From Callorhinchus milii (taxonomy: Eukaryota), in NCBI RefSeq assembly GCF_018977255.1, contig NW_024704742.1, forward strand, positions 77,068,001-77,132,000: a stretch of 64,000 nt of DNA, in the 5' to 3' direction. Both the position numbers and the translations under genes were made by a program. The notes under the pieces were generated by a model, which was not told the DNA's origin, ran no database searches, and saw nothing but the letters and a program-made list of their open reading frames with translations. Positions 36,640 through 48,905 of this stretch are shown one piece after another. The first letter of the stretch is position 1. Each line of letters starts with the position of its first letter.

Positions 36640-37157
36640 TCACCCCGATCGTTACTAACTTGTGCGGCCCCACCCTCCCCCCCCCTCCCCCCCCCCCCCG
36701 TCTGCACCGATTTGATGTGCATTGAACGGAAAAAAATGCCACAGGAAAGGGAGGGCGCGAGGTATGGAGAGAGGCGCTTATTTGCGAGAAGGAATCGCTG
36801 AGGACAAAGCGGTGGTGACCGCTCCTGTTCCCACTGACAGTCACAGCTGCCGATGCCCTCAGCACAGCTCAACACAGCACAACACAGCACAGCTCAGCAC
36901 AGCACAGCTCAACACAGCACAGCACAGCTCAGCTCAACACAGCACAGCTCAACACAGCACAGCTCAACACAGCACAACACAGCTCAGCTCAACACAGCAC
37001 AGCACAGCTCAACACAGCACAACACAGCTCAGCTCAACACAGCACAGCTCAACACAGCACAACACAGCTCAACACAGCTCAGGGAGCAGCGCCTGGCGGC
37101 TCGGGCAGAGGTGCTGCACGTTGAGAGCGGCGGCTGTGCCCCTGGTCTGGGGAGAGG
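36640..37157 (+). promoter_or_regulatory. ZDHHC21: CpG-enriched candidate ZDHHC21 promoter and non-coding first exon
   Basis: Locally CpG-rich non-TE sequence (gggcgcgagg, gcgcctggcggctcgggc, gagcggcggc) ending in a good donor AGG|gtgaga at 37158. The ATG-bearing exon has a splice acceptor, so an upstream exon must exist. Confidence 0.45.
36859..37081. repeat. Pentanucleotide mosaic microsatellite (AGCAC/AGCTC/AACAC)
   Basis: About 44 consecutive 5-mer units of three variants. Confidence 0.95.
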
Positions 37158-37374
37158 GTGAGAGCTCCTGTCTGTCTGTCTGTCTCTGTCTGTCTGTGTG
37201 TCTGTCTGTGTGTCTGTCTCTGTCTGTCTGTGTCTGTGTCCGTGACAGCCACGAAACAGCAGCCGTGTGGAGGGGAGGCAGCGGCTCACACAGGCACAGG
37301 GTCTCTGCGTTACATCGTCTGTCACTGACTGGGGGCAGTGACGGGAGGGGCGAGGGTTATGTATAATGGCGCGG

Positions 37375-38760
37375 GGTGTGGGGGGGGTCAGAGGGTGTGT
37401 GTGTGTGTGGGGGGGGGTCAGTGGGTGTGTGTGGGGGGGGGGTCAGTGGGTGTGTGTGTGTGTGTGGGGGGGGTAGTGTGTGTGTGGGGGGGGTCAGTGG
37501 GTGTGTGTGGGGGTCAGTGTGTGTGTGGAGGGGTCAGTGTGTGTGGGTGAGGTCAGTGTGTGTGTGGGGGGGTCAGTGTGTGTGTGGGGGAGGTCAGTGT
37601 GTGTGGGGAGGGGTCAGTGTGTGTGGGGGAGGGGTCAGTATGTGTGGGGGGGTCAGTGTGTGGGGGAGGGTCAGTGTGTGTGGGTGAGGTCAGTGTGTGT
37701 GTGGGTGAGGTCAGTGTGTGTGGGGAGGGGTCAGTGTGTGTGGGGGAGGGGTCAGTATGTGTGGGGGGGCAGTGTGTGGGGGGGGTCAGTGTGTGGGGGT
37801 GAGGGTCAGTGTGTGTGGGGGTGATGGTCAGTGTGTGTGTGGAGGGGTCAGTGTGTGTGGGGGAGGGGTCAGTATGTGTGAGGGGGGGCAGTGTGTGGGG
37901 GGGGGTCAGTGTGTGGGGGTGAGGGTCAGTGTGTGGGGGTGAGGGTCAGTGTGTGTGGGGGGGGGTCAGTGTGTGTGGGGGTGAGGGTCAGTGTGTGTGG
38001 GGGGGGTCAGTGTGTGGGGGGGGGTCAGTGGGTGTGTGGGGGTTCAGTGTGCGTGTGAGAGGGGGTCAGTGTGTGTGGGTTCAGTGTGTGTGTGTGAGGG
38101 GGTTCAGTGTGTGTGAGCGGGGGTCAGTGTGTGTGTGGGGGGTTCAGTGTGTGTGTGTGAGGGGGTTCAGTGTGTGTGGGTTCAGTGTGTGTGGGTTCAG
38201 TGTGTGTGTGTGAGCGGGGGTCAGTGTGTGTGAGCGGGGGTCAGTGTGTGTGAGCGGGGGTCAGTGTGTGTGAGCGGGGGTCAGTGTGTGTGAGCGGGGG
38301 TCAGTGTGTGTGAGCGGGGGTCAGTGTGTGTGAGCGGGGGTCAGTGTGTGTGAGCGGGGGTCAGTGTGTGTGAGCGGGGGTCAGTGTGTGTGAGCGGGGA
38401 TCAGTGTGTGTGGGGTCAGTGTTTCTGTGTGGGGTGGGTTCAGTGTGTGTGTGAGGATGGGGAATGTGTGTGGAGGGAGTGTCGCTCTGTGTGTTGGGTT
38501 CTGTGTGTGTGGCGGGAAGGTTCTGTGTGTGTGGGGGAGGGATCTGTGTGCGTGGGGGAGGGGTCTTGTGTTGGGGGAGGGGGTCTGTGTGAGAGGGCGG
38601 GAGTGGTCTGTGTGGGGGGAGGGATCTAAGTCGGGAGGGTTCTGTGTATGGGTGGAGGGGTCTGTGTGAGGGGGGGAGGGGTCTTGTGTGGGGGAGGGGT
38701 CTGGGTTGTGGGGCAGGGTCTGTGAGCAGGAGGGGTCTGTGATGTGGCGGAGGGTTCTGT
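37375..38760. repeat. G/T-rich minisatellite (GGGGTCAGTGTGTGT units), including nine tandem 20-mers TCAGTGTGTGTGAGCGGGGG at 38221-38400
   Basis: Seen directly. The ORFs here (V/C/G-rich) are repeat artefacts. Confidence 0.95.
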
Positions 38761-38774
38761 GGTGGCGGAGGGCT

Positions 38775-38998
38775 CTGTGTTTGGGGGGATCATTGCTGTG
38801 TGTGTGTTTGGGGGGATCATTGCTGTGTGTGTGTTTGGGGGAATCATTGCTGTGTGTGTGTTTGGGGGGATCATTGCTGTGTGTGTGTTTGGGGGGGATC
38901 ATTGCTGTGTGTGTGTTTGGGGGGGATCATTGCTGTGTGTGTGTTTGGGGGGGATCATTGCTGTTGGTGTTTTGTGTGTTTGCGGGATCATTGCTGGG
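38775..38998. repeat. About 27-bp minisatellite (GGGGGATCATTGCTGTGTGTGTGTTT); degenerate units recur up to about 41540
   Basis: Six to seven tandem units, plus scattered units at 40330-40545, 41095-41160 and 41470-41540. Confidence 0.92.
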
Positions 38999-39002
38999 TG
39001 TT

Positions 39003-40327
39003 CCTGACCATGTGTGACCAGGGCTCCCTCTGCCTCCTCGTCCTCCTCGACCTCTCCGCTGCCTTTGACACTGTGGACCATGCAATCCTCCTCCATCGCC
39101 TCTCCTCCCACCTCAAACTTCAAGGTTCTGTCCTTGACTGGTTCAGGTCCTACCTTTCACACCGTCTCCACTTCGTCACAGCAAATGGCTCCCGCACCAT
39201 CTTGTGCAGTGTTCCTCAGGGCTCTGTCCTCGGTCCCCTCCTCTTCACCCTCTAAATGCTCCCCCTTGGTGACATCATCCACAAACATGGGGTAAATTTC
39301 CACATGTAAGCAGATGACACCCAACTCTACCTCTCTGCCTCAACTCCCGGACGACTGGCGTCCTGACCGACTGCCTGTCCGACATCAAGTCCTGAACGAG
39401 TGACAGCTTTCTCCAACTCAACGTCAGCAAGACCAAGGCTCTCCTGATTGGCTCGCACCAGCGCCTCCGCACCTCAGGCGCCGGCAGCATCAGCCTCCAC
39501 GGCTGCACACTCAACCTCACTAAGCCAGTCAGGAGCCTGGGTATCTTGTTTGACACTGTACTGTCCTTCTTCCTGATAAAATAATAATAATCCTTGCATT
39601 TGATATAGCGCTTTTCACGTCGGAAGGACGTCCCAAAGCGCTTCACAGAACACACTGTAAAGTGAATTGACTATATATTTGTGGGCGAACGCAGCAGCCA
39701 ATTGCGCACAGCAATGTCCCACAAACAGTCGTAGATTGAAAATGACCAATTTATTATTTTTTTTGTTTTTTTTGGAGGGATTTTTATTAGGCGTGTGGAG
39801 TAAGGAAACTTGCCCAAGGTATCGCCCTGATATCCGCGCCATGACCGGCACTGCCTACTAGCACCTCCGCAACATTGCCAGACTCCGCAACTGCCTCACC
39901 CCTCAGGCTGCCGAAACCCTCACCCACGCACTCGTCACATCAAGGCTCAATTATGGAAATTCTCTCCTCATCGGCCTTCCCAACTCTTCCCTTCACAAGC
40001 TGCAGATCATCCAAAACTCCGCAGCTCGTGTACTCTCATGCACCAGGCTCCATGACCCCATCACTTCCACCCTCACCCGACTCCACTGGTTCCCCATCCC
40101 CAGAGGATCGAATTCAAGATCCTCGTCCTCACTTACAAGGCCATCCATGGCCTTGCCCCCTCCTACCTCTCTGACCTGCTGACTCCCTACCAACCTGCCT
40201 GCTTCCTCCATTCAGCGAGCTCCGCCTGCTCCATGTCTCACACCGCTCCCCCATGCTCGCGTCCTGACCCCTGACTGTTCATCCTCCCGACGTGAAAGGC
40301 GCTCTATAAACATAATTCTGATGTTGT
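39003..40327 (+). mobile_element. L2 LINE fragment interrupted by an inverted SINE
   Basis: [23 protein letters not shown] and [12 protein letters not shown], with in-frame stops. Highly similar to 1-921. 3' tail at about 40290-40327. Confidence 0.92.
39581..39819 (-). mobile_element. tRNA-derived SINE (short form), headless, inside L2
   Basis: Reverse complement is nearly identical to 41233-41469. Confidence 0.9.
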
Positions 40328-40564
40328 GGTGGTGTTGTCATTGCAATGTGTGAGTGTGTGTCTAGTGGATGTCGGGGGGGGGTGCTCATTGCTGTGTGTG
40401 TGTTTGGGGTGGGGTCATTGCTCTGTGTGTGTGTTTGAGGGATCATTGCTCCTGTGTATGTTTTTTTGGGGGGGTTCATTGATCTGTGTGTATGTTTGGG
40501 GAGGTTATTGTGTGTGTGTTTGGGGGGTCATTTCAGTGTGTGTGCACACAGCATACATGCATGC

Positions 40565-41098
40565 ATTCATAACATGGAGGCTTGACTATTGAAACTCTGC
40601 TTATCGGCCTCCCCAACTCCTCCCTCCACAGGCTGCAGATCATCCAGAACTCTGCAGCCCGTGTCCTCTCCCTCACGAGGCTCCGTGAACCTATCACCCC
40701 CATCCTCGCCCGGCTCCACTGGCTTCCCATCACACACAGGCTTTTCATCAAGCTCCCCCCCACCTCTACAACTTCCTACAATCCTGCCTGCTCCCTCCGC
40801 TCAGCGGGCTCCGGCCTGCTTCACGTCCCCTGCCCCATCATTGGCAGGCGGGCCTTCAGCCACTCTGCCCCCACCCTCTGGAACTCCATCCCGCAGACCC
40901 TCCACCTCGCCCCCTCCCTCGCCACCTTCAAGACCTATTTCAAGACCCTCCTCTTCGACCGTGCTTTCAATAATCCTCCTTCCGTCCCTGCCCTCCACCC
41001 TCCCCAATCCCGTCCCCCAGCTCAGATCCGCAACACTGACTGTCCAGTGCCTTGGGACGTCTTCCTGACGTAAAAGGCACTGTACAAATGAAATTTTG
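40565..41098 (+). mobile_element. L2 LINE 3' fragment
   Basis: ORF 40582..41073: [12 protein letters not shown]...PITPILARLHWLP...AFSHSAPTLWNSIP...FKTLLF. L2 tail follows. Confidence 0.9.
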
Positions 41099-41160
41099 TT
41101 GGTGTGTGTATTTGGGGCAATCATTGCTCTTGTGTTTGTTTGGAGGTGGGGAATCATTGT

Positions 41161-41469
41161 GGAGTCCTGTAGTGGTTAGAGCACTCACTTTGCAAGCGAG
41201 AGACCTGAGTTCAATTCCAGGCAGCGCAAAACCTTGGGCAAGTTTCCTTACTCCACACGCCTAATAATAATCCCTCCAAAACAAAACAATAATAAATTGG
41301 TCATTTTCAATCTACGACTGTTTGTGGGACATTGCTGTGCGCAATTGGCTGCCGCGTTCGCCCACAAATATGCAGTCAATTCACTTTACAGTGTGTTCTG
41401 TGAAGCGCTTTGGGACGTCCTCCCGACGTGAAAAGCGCTATATCAATTGCAAGGATTATTATTATTATT
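41161..41469 (+). mobile_element. tRNA-derived SINE (short form)
   Basis: Head, body, L2-type tail and (ATT)n. Confidence 0.9.
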
Positions 41470-42937
41470 GCTGTGGGTGTGTGTGTGTGTGTATTATTAT
41501 TATTATTGTTTGGGGGTGTTATTGCTGTGTGTGGGGTGTGGGGGGGAGGGGATGAGGGGTGTCAATGCTGTGTTTGCCAGCTGCACGTTGCACTGGGAGG
41601 TGATGGGAATGAAGAGGGGGGGGTGACGGGGGAGACAGACAAGTGCCAGTCAGTGATGAGCTGCACTGAGACACCAGCAGCTGCTCCCTGGGCACAGCGC
41701 AGCTCATTCACACTGTGATGGACAGCCCACAGCCACAGCCCACAGCCTACTCTCTTTGCTGTGGAGGCGGTGGGGGGTGGGGGCTGGTGTGGGAGAGAGG
41801 GCAAGGCTGGCCGACACTGACAGTCGCTGTGGCAATGCATCGCAGGAGGAGGTGGCAGTAAGTCTCGGTGGGTGCCCCTTTGAGGCAGTTTCTGTGTATA
41901 ATATTCCGCGTGGAGTGAGGAGACTCGACAGGGTTTGGTGTGTGAGATAAATCAATGATAGTGGCGCCATCGGGAACGATCACTGTGAAACGCTTCCCTC
42001 TTTTGCATAGATTTGTAAATGTTTTTTAAAAGCTTGTGCAATGCTCTGTTATACTGGGGGTGGGGGGGGTGAGATGATCTGTGAAAGGGTCGTCTCTTGG
42101 TTCATATCAGTAAAGAGCTCGCACTGTGGTTATTACACTGAGGTGTGAATCACCCGACATTGATACAGTGAGAAGGGACCCGGTGGGTGTGGTGGAATTG
42201 AGGAAAGAAACAGAGCAAACAGCTGGAGACAGGAAAAACCAGTCGAGGGAGAAAGGGAAATGTGCAAGCAAAGAAATGAGGTATATCCTAGTGAGAGAGC
42301 ATGTCAGGTCAGCCACATCTAAAAATAAACCGAAGAGGGGAAATCAGAAAGAAAGGGCTACAAAGATTGACTGGTAATCGTATATCTTACTGCAAATAGC
42401 AAAGGGAGGTTTGTGTATGCAAATTGAGTCGTTCTATTAATAAAAAACGACTTGCATTTTTCATAGCACCTGTGTCGAAATATCTCAAAGGTCTTCAGAA
42501 TCATTAATGTTGTGTTGCTCAGGTTTTGCAAGATGTACTGTACGTGGAATGCAGTGGCGGCTAATTATATCCTTCCAGATGTCTCCCTGGTGTTTCCTGA
42601 AGGGGTCGTGAAGGAGGATGATTCCTTTCAGATCAGTTCAGGGTCAGAGATCATTTCTTAATGTGCGAGTCTTAATGGAAATTTTCAACAGGCTGATCAA
42701 GTGAAGGCAGATCACAGCTAAACCCAATTAGGATTGAGAGGAGAAATGTGACTTTCCCCTCCATCCCCTTCCTGGTGCCCCACTCCACAGCTTGTTCAAA
42801 ATAATTTACCAATATGTAGCAGTTCCACCTCCCCACTCCCCCTAACTACATTGGGTGGTGCAATTCAACCATGCATGACTTCAATAAATAGCTTGTGTGC
42901 AGAGGTACCTTTTGTTCTCAATGCAATCCAGTTCTCG

Positions 42938-45035
42938 TTTTTTTGAAAATATATTTATAAATATAATATTTAGTACAACAGAAATCCAAAACAAACACAA
43001 CATCTTCTGTTACAATATGTTCCCTTTTCTCCTGATACAAAACACATTCCGTTGTTTATGGTACATTCCTTCCCCACACAGAGATTTTTCGGTACGCTCC
43101 CTTTAACACAGTCGGGAGTCACTCCTGTGTACACCACACGCACACAGCCTGATAAGGCACACTTGCCGCTTTTGGAAGGCGCCCAATGTGCCCCGTACAC
43201 CCACATGTTTACCGACACATTTTTGGGATGCTCTTTGGTTACATCTCTAGCGTCCTTCTGTACCCTTACTTCAGTCAGTTTTGGGTGAGCTTGTGGGCTA
43301 CCTGGTGGGTGCACCCCGAGCGGGTTGTGTCAGAGTGGCTCCTGCTGGGGTCAGGCCCCATCTGGCCTTTGCTGTGGTTGAGCCGAACTTCAGCTTGTCC
43401 CTCAGTATATAGTCCCTGATCCTAGTGTGTGGGAGCCTGACGCAGGCCTTACCGTCCCCTCGTTCTGCCAGAAGAACACCTAGTTTCTGGAATGCTTTAC
43501 CGAGTTTATGATTATCCGGGCACACTCGATGTGGGTTTCGCTGTGAGAGCCCGGGAAGAGTCGTACAGCACCGAGTACTGTGACAGCGGGTCGCCAGGGA
43601 CAAACCACGAGACAATCTAGTCCCATCTTTTTCCAAACCGCCTATGCGAAACAACACTCCAGGAAGAGATGGACCACGGTCTTCTGGCCTCTGCAGCCGG
43701 CCCAAGGGCAACTTGCTGACTGGCCCAGACCTCGATCATGCATGAAAGCCCTGAGGGGGAGGGCCCTTTTATTGCCAGCCAGGCCATGACCTGATGGTTG
43801 TTGGTCAGGGCCGGTGACGAGGGGTTTTGCCAGGTGTAGCTGGCCTTCACTGCAGGGTACCTCCCGATCGGGTCTGCCCTCTACCCCTTTTGAACTGTTT
43901 GGACTACCTGCCGCGCGGACCACTCAGTGATTGTGCGGGGGACTGGGATGATGTTCTTCAGAAATTTCTCAACATAAGATAAGAGGTTCGGCACACAGCC
44001 ACTGTGTGGAACATTTTGAAGCAGTTCTGCCTGACCCACTCTTCTTAGCACTGGGTACAGGTAGAAGCCCGCACGAAGCAGCATTTGTTGCTGGCGTAGC
44101 GGGGCACCAGGCACAGCCTCAGGCAGCTACCCACAAAGTTTTGCCATGAGGATCAGGGTTACGTTATGGACCCCTTTTCCGGGGTTTTGTGTATCACATG
44201 TCTGTGGACACGATCCATCTTGGACCCCCAGATCAATTGGAGGACCTCTCTGGTGACTCTGGTGTCATTGTTCTTGGTCAAAGGCCAGACCTGGGCCACG
44301 TACAGTAATACCGAGAGGGTCTCACACTTTATCACCAGATTTTTCCAGCTCTTTGCAAAAAAGACGGTGACATCATACATATACCTCTGATGCCCTTGTC
44401 CCTCCCGATGGCCTGTGCAAAGGGTTCAATGCAGCAGACAAACAGGGTGGGGGATAGGGGACAGCCCTGCCTTACTCCCGACCTAATGGGGAATGGCTCA
44501 GTCTCATACCCATTGACTGTGACTGCGCCACAGATGTCCATGTAGAGTAGTCTAATTCACTTGCGTATTCCCTCCCCGAAGCCCATTTTGGAGAGTACCT
44601 CATCCTTGTAGCTGTGAGATACCCTATCAAAGGCTTTCTCTTGAGCAAGGCTTATTAGGCAAGCCTTCACTCTCCTGTCAAAACAGTACCCGTTGTCTTT
44701 GTTCCTCCGGGTCTGGCCTCCTCCTCGTCCCCTGAATCCTCCGCTCCACCCTTCAGCCACTATGCCCCGAGGCTCTGGAACTGCCTTCCTCACTCCCTTC
44801 GTCTTGCTGCCTCCCTTCCCATTTTCAGGATTCTGCTGAAGACCTTTCTTTTCGACCGCGCCTTTGGTCACCTTCCTCCCCTTCCCCGTGGCTCGGTCCC
44901 AGGATCTGTTACTGTGAAGCGCTCTGAGACGCCGTCTGACGTGGAGAGCACTATATAAATTCAAGTTGTTGTTGTCCTGCATGTAGGCGATGGTATCCCT
45001 GAGTAGCGCAAGGCTGTCTGAGATCCTTCGGCCCG
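42938..45035 (-). mobile_element. 5'-truncated L1/Tx1-clade LINE
   Basis: Motifs GRRISDSLALLRD, LISLAQEKAFDRVSH, SGVRQGCPLSPTLF..IEP and LSVLLYVAQV, then a C-terminal zinc knuckle CPWAGCRGQKTVVHLFLEC. A-rich 3' end at 42938. Candidate degenerate 15-bp TSD. Confidence 0.9.
44680..44975 (+). mobile_element. L2 LINE 3' end nested in the Tx1-like element
   Basis: Same subfamily as 22195-22620, with a (GTT)n tail. Host frame AYMQD / RRVKAC is continuous across it. Confidence 0.9.
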
Positions 45036-45329
45036 GCAATTCAATTCTTGTGATGCAGCAATTTATGCCCAGTGAATAGCAAGTACAAAACACCTCAACT
45101 CAGCTGACAGCTCAACCTGCATGGGTGCACACTTCCCCTTGCAGAGCCTGGTGCAGAATCTCAGTGTTGTCTTTAACTCTCAATTGTTCTTCAGACTCAC
45201 ATCCTTGTTCTGACCCTTTCAGCCATTTTGCCCACCTCCACCATCACCTCTCTCCTTGGGGTATCCACACTTAAGCTGTAAGTTATCCAAAACTCTGCAG
45301 CCCATGCTCTTTCCTGTACCAGGCTCATC

Positions 45330-46552
45330 AACATGTTGGATGACATTGAGGGAGAAGGACTTGGTGTATCTGTTCCAGGCCTCTCTGAGAGTGTTATGGA
45401 TGATGTTGTGCTACTGATGGACTCACCTGGGGATCCTTCTGCGGTGCAACCGCCATGTTGAACACTGGGCCAGCTGTGGTGGTGGATGCCCCCAAGTGTG
45501 GAATTGTAGTTCTGCACACACCAAGGGAACACATCGAGGGAATTGATTGGAAGATACAAGGGGGCATCGGTTTTAATCGTTGACATTTATTGGTACCTCA
45601 GGGTTGTGGTGGACACCAGTTTCAATCTGGACACTGTCCTGAGAAATGGCGAAGGGCACTCTGGTCATCCCTCTTCAGGGACAGCAAGGTCCCAATGCAG
45701 GTCAAGCTAGTGGCGTACAAGACCTGTGTTCATACAGTCCTCCTTTATGATCTGAGCTCCCGGAGATGCAGCAGAGAGACTTTCTCCGTCCCATTTACAA
45801 AGTTCAAGATCAAACAATGAGGTGGATTGTGGTAAACATGGGAAGTGGCTGTAGGAAGGGAGGGCTCCGGCCTACATTGACCTGTCTCTAAGCACCCTGT
45901 AGATGCAGTCGACTTCACAGCGGGCACGTCTATTTGCCAAAGCCCCTTGCCTGAGGACTTGGATTAAGCTCAATGGGAAGGGATGAGTACCTGAGCTGCA
46001 GACAGGAAGATAGTGGGAATGCTCTCACACATTTCATGCTGAGCGGTGTTGCTCACCGGGAAGCTTGCAGGGAGCTCTTGGTACCTACCATCCACCTAGT
46101 GAGGATTTAAACGCCTGCTTGTCGTTTGTCGAACGCCCAACTAGTGACTATCCTCCTGGGGGAAGGTAAGCACGGTCTCTTCAAGCTGAACTGGCTCCAA
46201 AGTTTTATGCCTGACATTGGAATGTCGGAATTGAGCCAGCCCTCTGTGACTGTCTCAGTAGTCCTGAGCCAGACAAGTCTGCAGTATTCCAGGCCTCACA
46301 GTCAGCCTGGCTCATTGGCAGGACCTGGAAGGGCAGACCAGTCACTGGGGCAGAGAGTCATTCCGCTCAGCTCCTGTTAACCCTTCAAGCCAAAGCACTA
46401 AAGGGTAGGGTGGTCCTAGCTGGACAAGCAGCGGGAAAGCTTGCCAGACAGCAATATCAAGGGCAAGCTATGCAATTTTAGCTGGTTAGACTCCAGCAGT
46501 ACCCCAATGCACACTCTGGGGTCCCCGATCCTTGACTCTTGCCAGCCTGCGA
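45330..46552 (+). mobile_element. Degenerate non-LTR retrotransposon of uncertain clade (RTE/RTEX-like)
   Basis: Remnants GVSVPG..VMDDVVLL (FADD-like), YL.VVVD and VKLVAYKTCVHTVLLY (RT thumb-like). The 3' part is repeated at 2118-2346. Confidence 0.55.
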
Positions 46553-46893
46553 CTAATGCTTTCTGGAATTGGGTGAACATAGCAGCTACTTTGTGCATAG
46601 CAATATCGCACAAACAGCCATGAAATAAGTGACCAATTTTATTTGGGGGGTTGTCCTTCAGATGAAATGTTAAACCGAGATCTTGTCTCCCTGTTAACAT
46701 GGATGTTAAAGATCCCATTGCACTATTTGAAAAGAGAAGGGGTGTTTTCTCCCGGTGTCCTGACCAATAGTCTCCCAGATAAAATGTGTCTCTTGACTTC
46801 ATGGCTGTTTGTGGGAGATTGCTCTGTGCAAATTTGGATGGCACATTCACCTACAAATCCAAGGATTTTTATTAAGTACACCGACAAGTATAT

Positions 46894-47385
46894 GAACAAC
46901 AACTTGCATTTATATAGTGGTCCTGGTCAGGGAAAGGAAGTGGGGTAGAAAGGAAAGCTGGGGATCAAACCTGAGCCAAAGTTGCATACGTATTTGCTGA
47001 GCCTGAGGGAGAGACCAGGGAGGTTGAGGAATTCAGACCCGCAGGAGAGAAGACGTTGACTAGAGCCAAAGAATATGGCTTCCATTGTGCTGACATCCAG
47101 CTGTAGGAAATTTGTGCTCATCCGGCCCTTGATGTCTGTCAAACAAGCTGACAGGACACCAGTGGACTGGGAGTCACAACTGAAGGAGAAGTAGATTTGG
47201 GTGTCACCAAATCACTCTATGTCTGAGGATGACATCGCTAAGAGGGAGCATGTAAAAAAGAAAAAGGGGGCTAAGGATGGAGCCTTGGGGTACCCAGCAG
47301 GTGACCAGGCGGGGGCGGGAGGAAAACCATTTGCCGAGATTTACTGTTGGCGGTTTCTAAAGTAGGACTCAAACCATGCGACTCT
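46894..47385 (-). mobile_element. L2 LINE fragment
   Basis: ORF 46927..47142 (NFLQLDVSTMEAIFFGS). A (CAA)n tail remnant lies at 46894. Confidence 0.85.
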
Positions 47386-47662
47386 GGTCACTTTTTGTAA
47401 AGTAAACTAATTTAATCTTGAAATTCAAATATTTTTAGAGTCTCATTCTGCAGTTGTTGAATTAAGATTTTCTTCAATAGTAATTAAATATATCTGCTCT
47501 GTGACATGATTGGGTGTTTGGTTGCCATCTTTGTTGACCTTCAACTGTCCTTTCTACCCCATATCAGTGCCATAACCCGTTCTGCCTTCCCCCACCTCTG
47601 CAATATCACCCGGTTCCGCCACTGCCTCACCCCTTAGGCGGCAAAAACCCTCATCCACGCAT

Positions 47663-48475
47663 TCAACAACAACATGCACTTATATAGCACCCTCCACCAG
47701 AGTAGCGTCTCAGAGCACTTAACAGTGACAGAGCCTAACTCCGAGCCAGGAGGGGGGAGGAGGTGGCCGTAGGTATGGTCAAAAAGGAAGGTTTTCAGAC
47801 AGGGCTTGAAAAAGGGGAGAGAGGGGGCAAGGTGGAGCGATTGAGGGGGAGCGTTCCAGAGTTTTGGGACGTAGTGGCTGAAACCGCGACCATCGATGAT
47901 GGGGCGGAGGGTGCGAGGGATGAGCAGGAGGCCAGTGCCAGTCGAGCGGATTGTGGAGTGAGGAGGTCGGAGAGGTAGGGAGGTGCCAGGGAGTGAAGGG
48001 ATTTGAACACGAGTGTGAGGATCTTGAAGTCGATCTGTTTGGTGATGGGGAGCCAGTGGAGCCTGACCAGAACGGGTGAGATGTGGGTACATAGTTTGGC
48101 CCAGGTCAGTATGCAGGCAGCAGAGTTTTGAATGAGCTGGATCTTTTGAATAAGGGGGTGAGGAGTGCGTTTGAGTAATCCAGGCAGGAAGTGACAAACT
48201 CATGCACGAGGGTTTCGGCTGCATTTGGTGTAAGGTACGATCGGAGGCGGGCAATTTGGCAGAGGTGAAAGAAGATGGTCCTGGTGAGGGACCGGATGTG
48301 GGGGAGGAAGAAAAGCTGGGGGTTGAACCGAACGCCTAGATTGTGCATTGATTCGGTGAGTCTGATAGAGAGCCCAGGGAGGTTGAGCAGTTCAGATCCT
48401 CAGGAGTGAAAATGTTGACGGGAGCCAAGGAGTATGGCTTCCGTCTTGTCCATATTCAGTTGCAGGAAAATCGCG
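47663..48475 (-). mobile_element. L2 LINE 3' half
   Basis: NLGVRFNPQLFF, AETLVHEFVTSCLDYSN and FSHYVPKLWNA..LKTFLF. (CAA)n tail at 47663. Confidence 0.9.
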
Positions 48476-48905
48476 CTCATTGCTTTTCTGCCCCCACCAT
48501 CCATCCCACATTCTCTTTGTATTGCTCCCTCCTTGGCCTCCTTCAAGGTGTATCTCAAGACCGTCCTCTTCGAACGAGCTTTCGGCCATGCTCCTACCCT
48601 CCCTGCCCTCCACCCTCCCCAATCCCGAACCCCAGCTGGGGTCCAAATCCCTGACTACCCTGTGCCTTGAGACAACGTCCTCTCGACGTAAAACGCGCTG
48701 TGCAAATGTAATTTTGTATTGTATTGACGGGACTGAGAGTTTTGAAAGCTGAATAAGGTAAAATATTCAAGGATTGATAGCTTGCCTGCTGAGCAAACAT
48801 TCTGATGATTTTTAAAAATTTATTTATATTTTCTCAGGGACTGAATACGGCCTGTAATTCATGACGTATGTACCAGCGAGGAAACACTGAGGCAACCTTT
48901 CTGTG

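Noticed and set aside
38221..38998. Regular repeats that might suggest a CRISPR array
   Set aside because: Head-to-tail tandem units without unique spacers, no cas genes, and a vertebrate context.
36722..39017. Long ORFs rich in STAQH or V/C/G repeats
   Set aside because: They are translations of micro/minisatellites, open in several frames, with no protein-like content.
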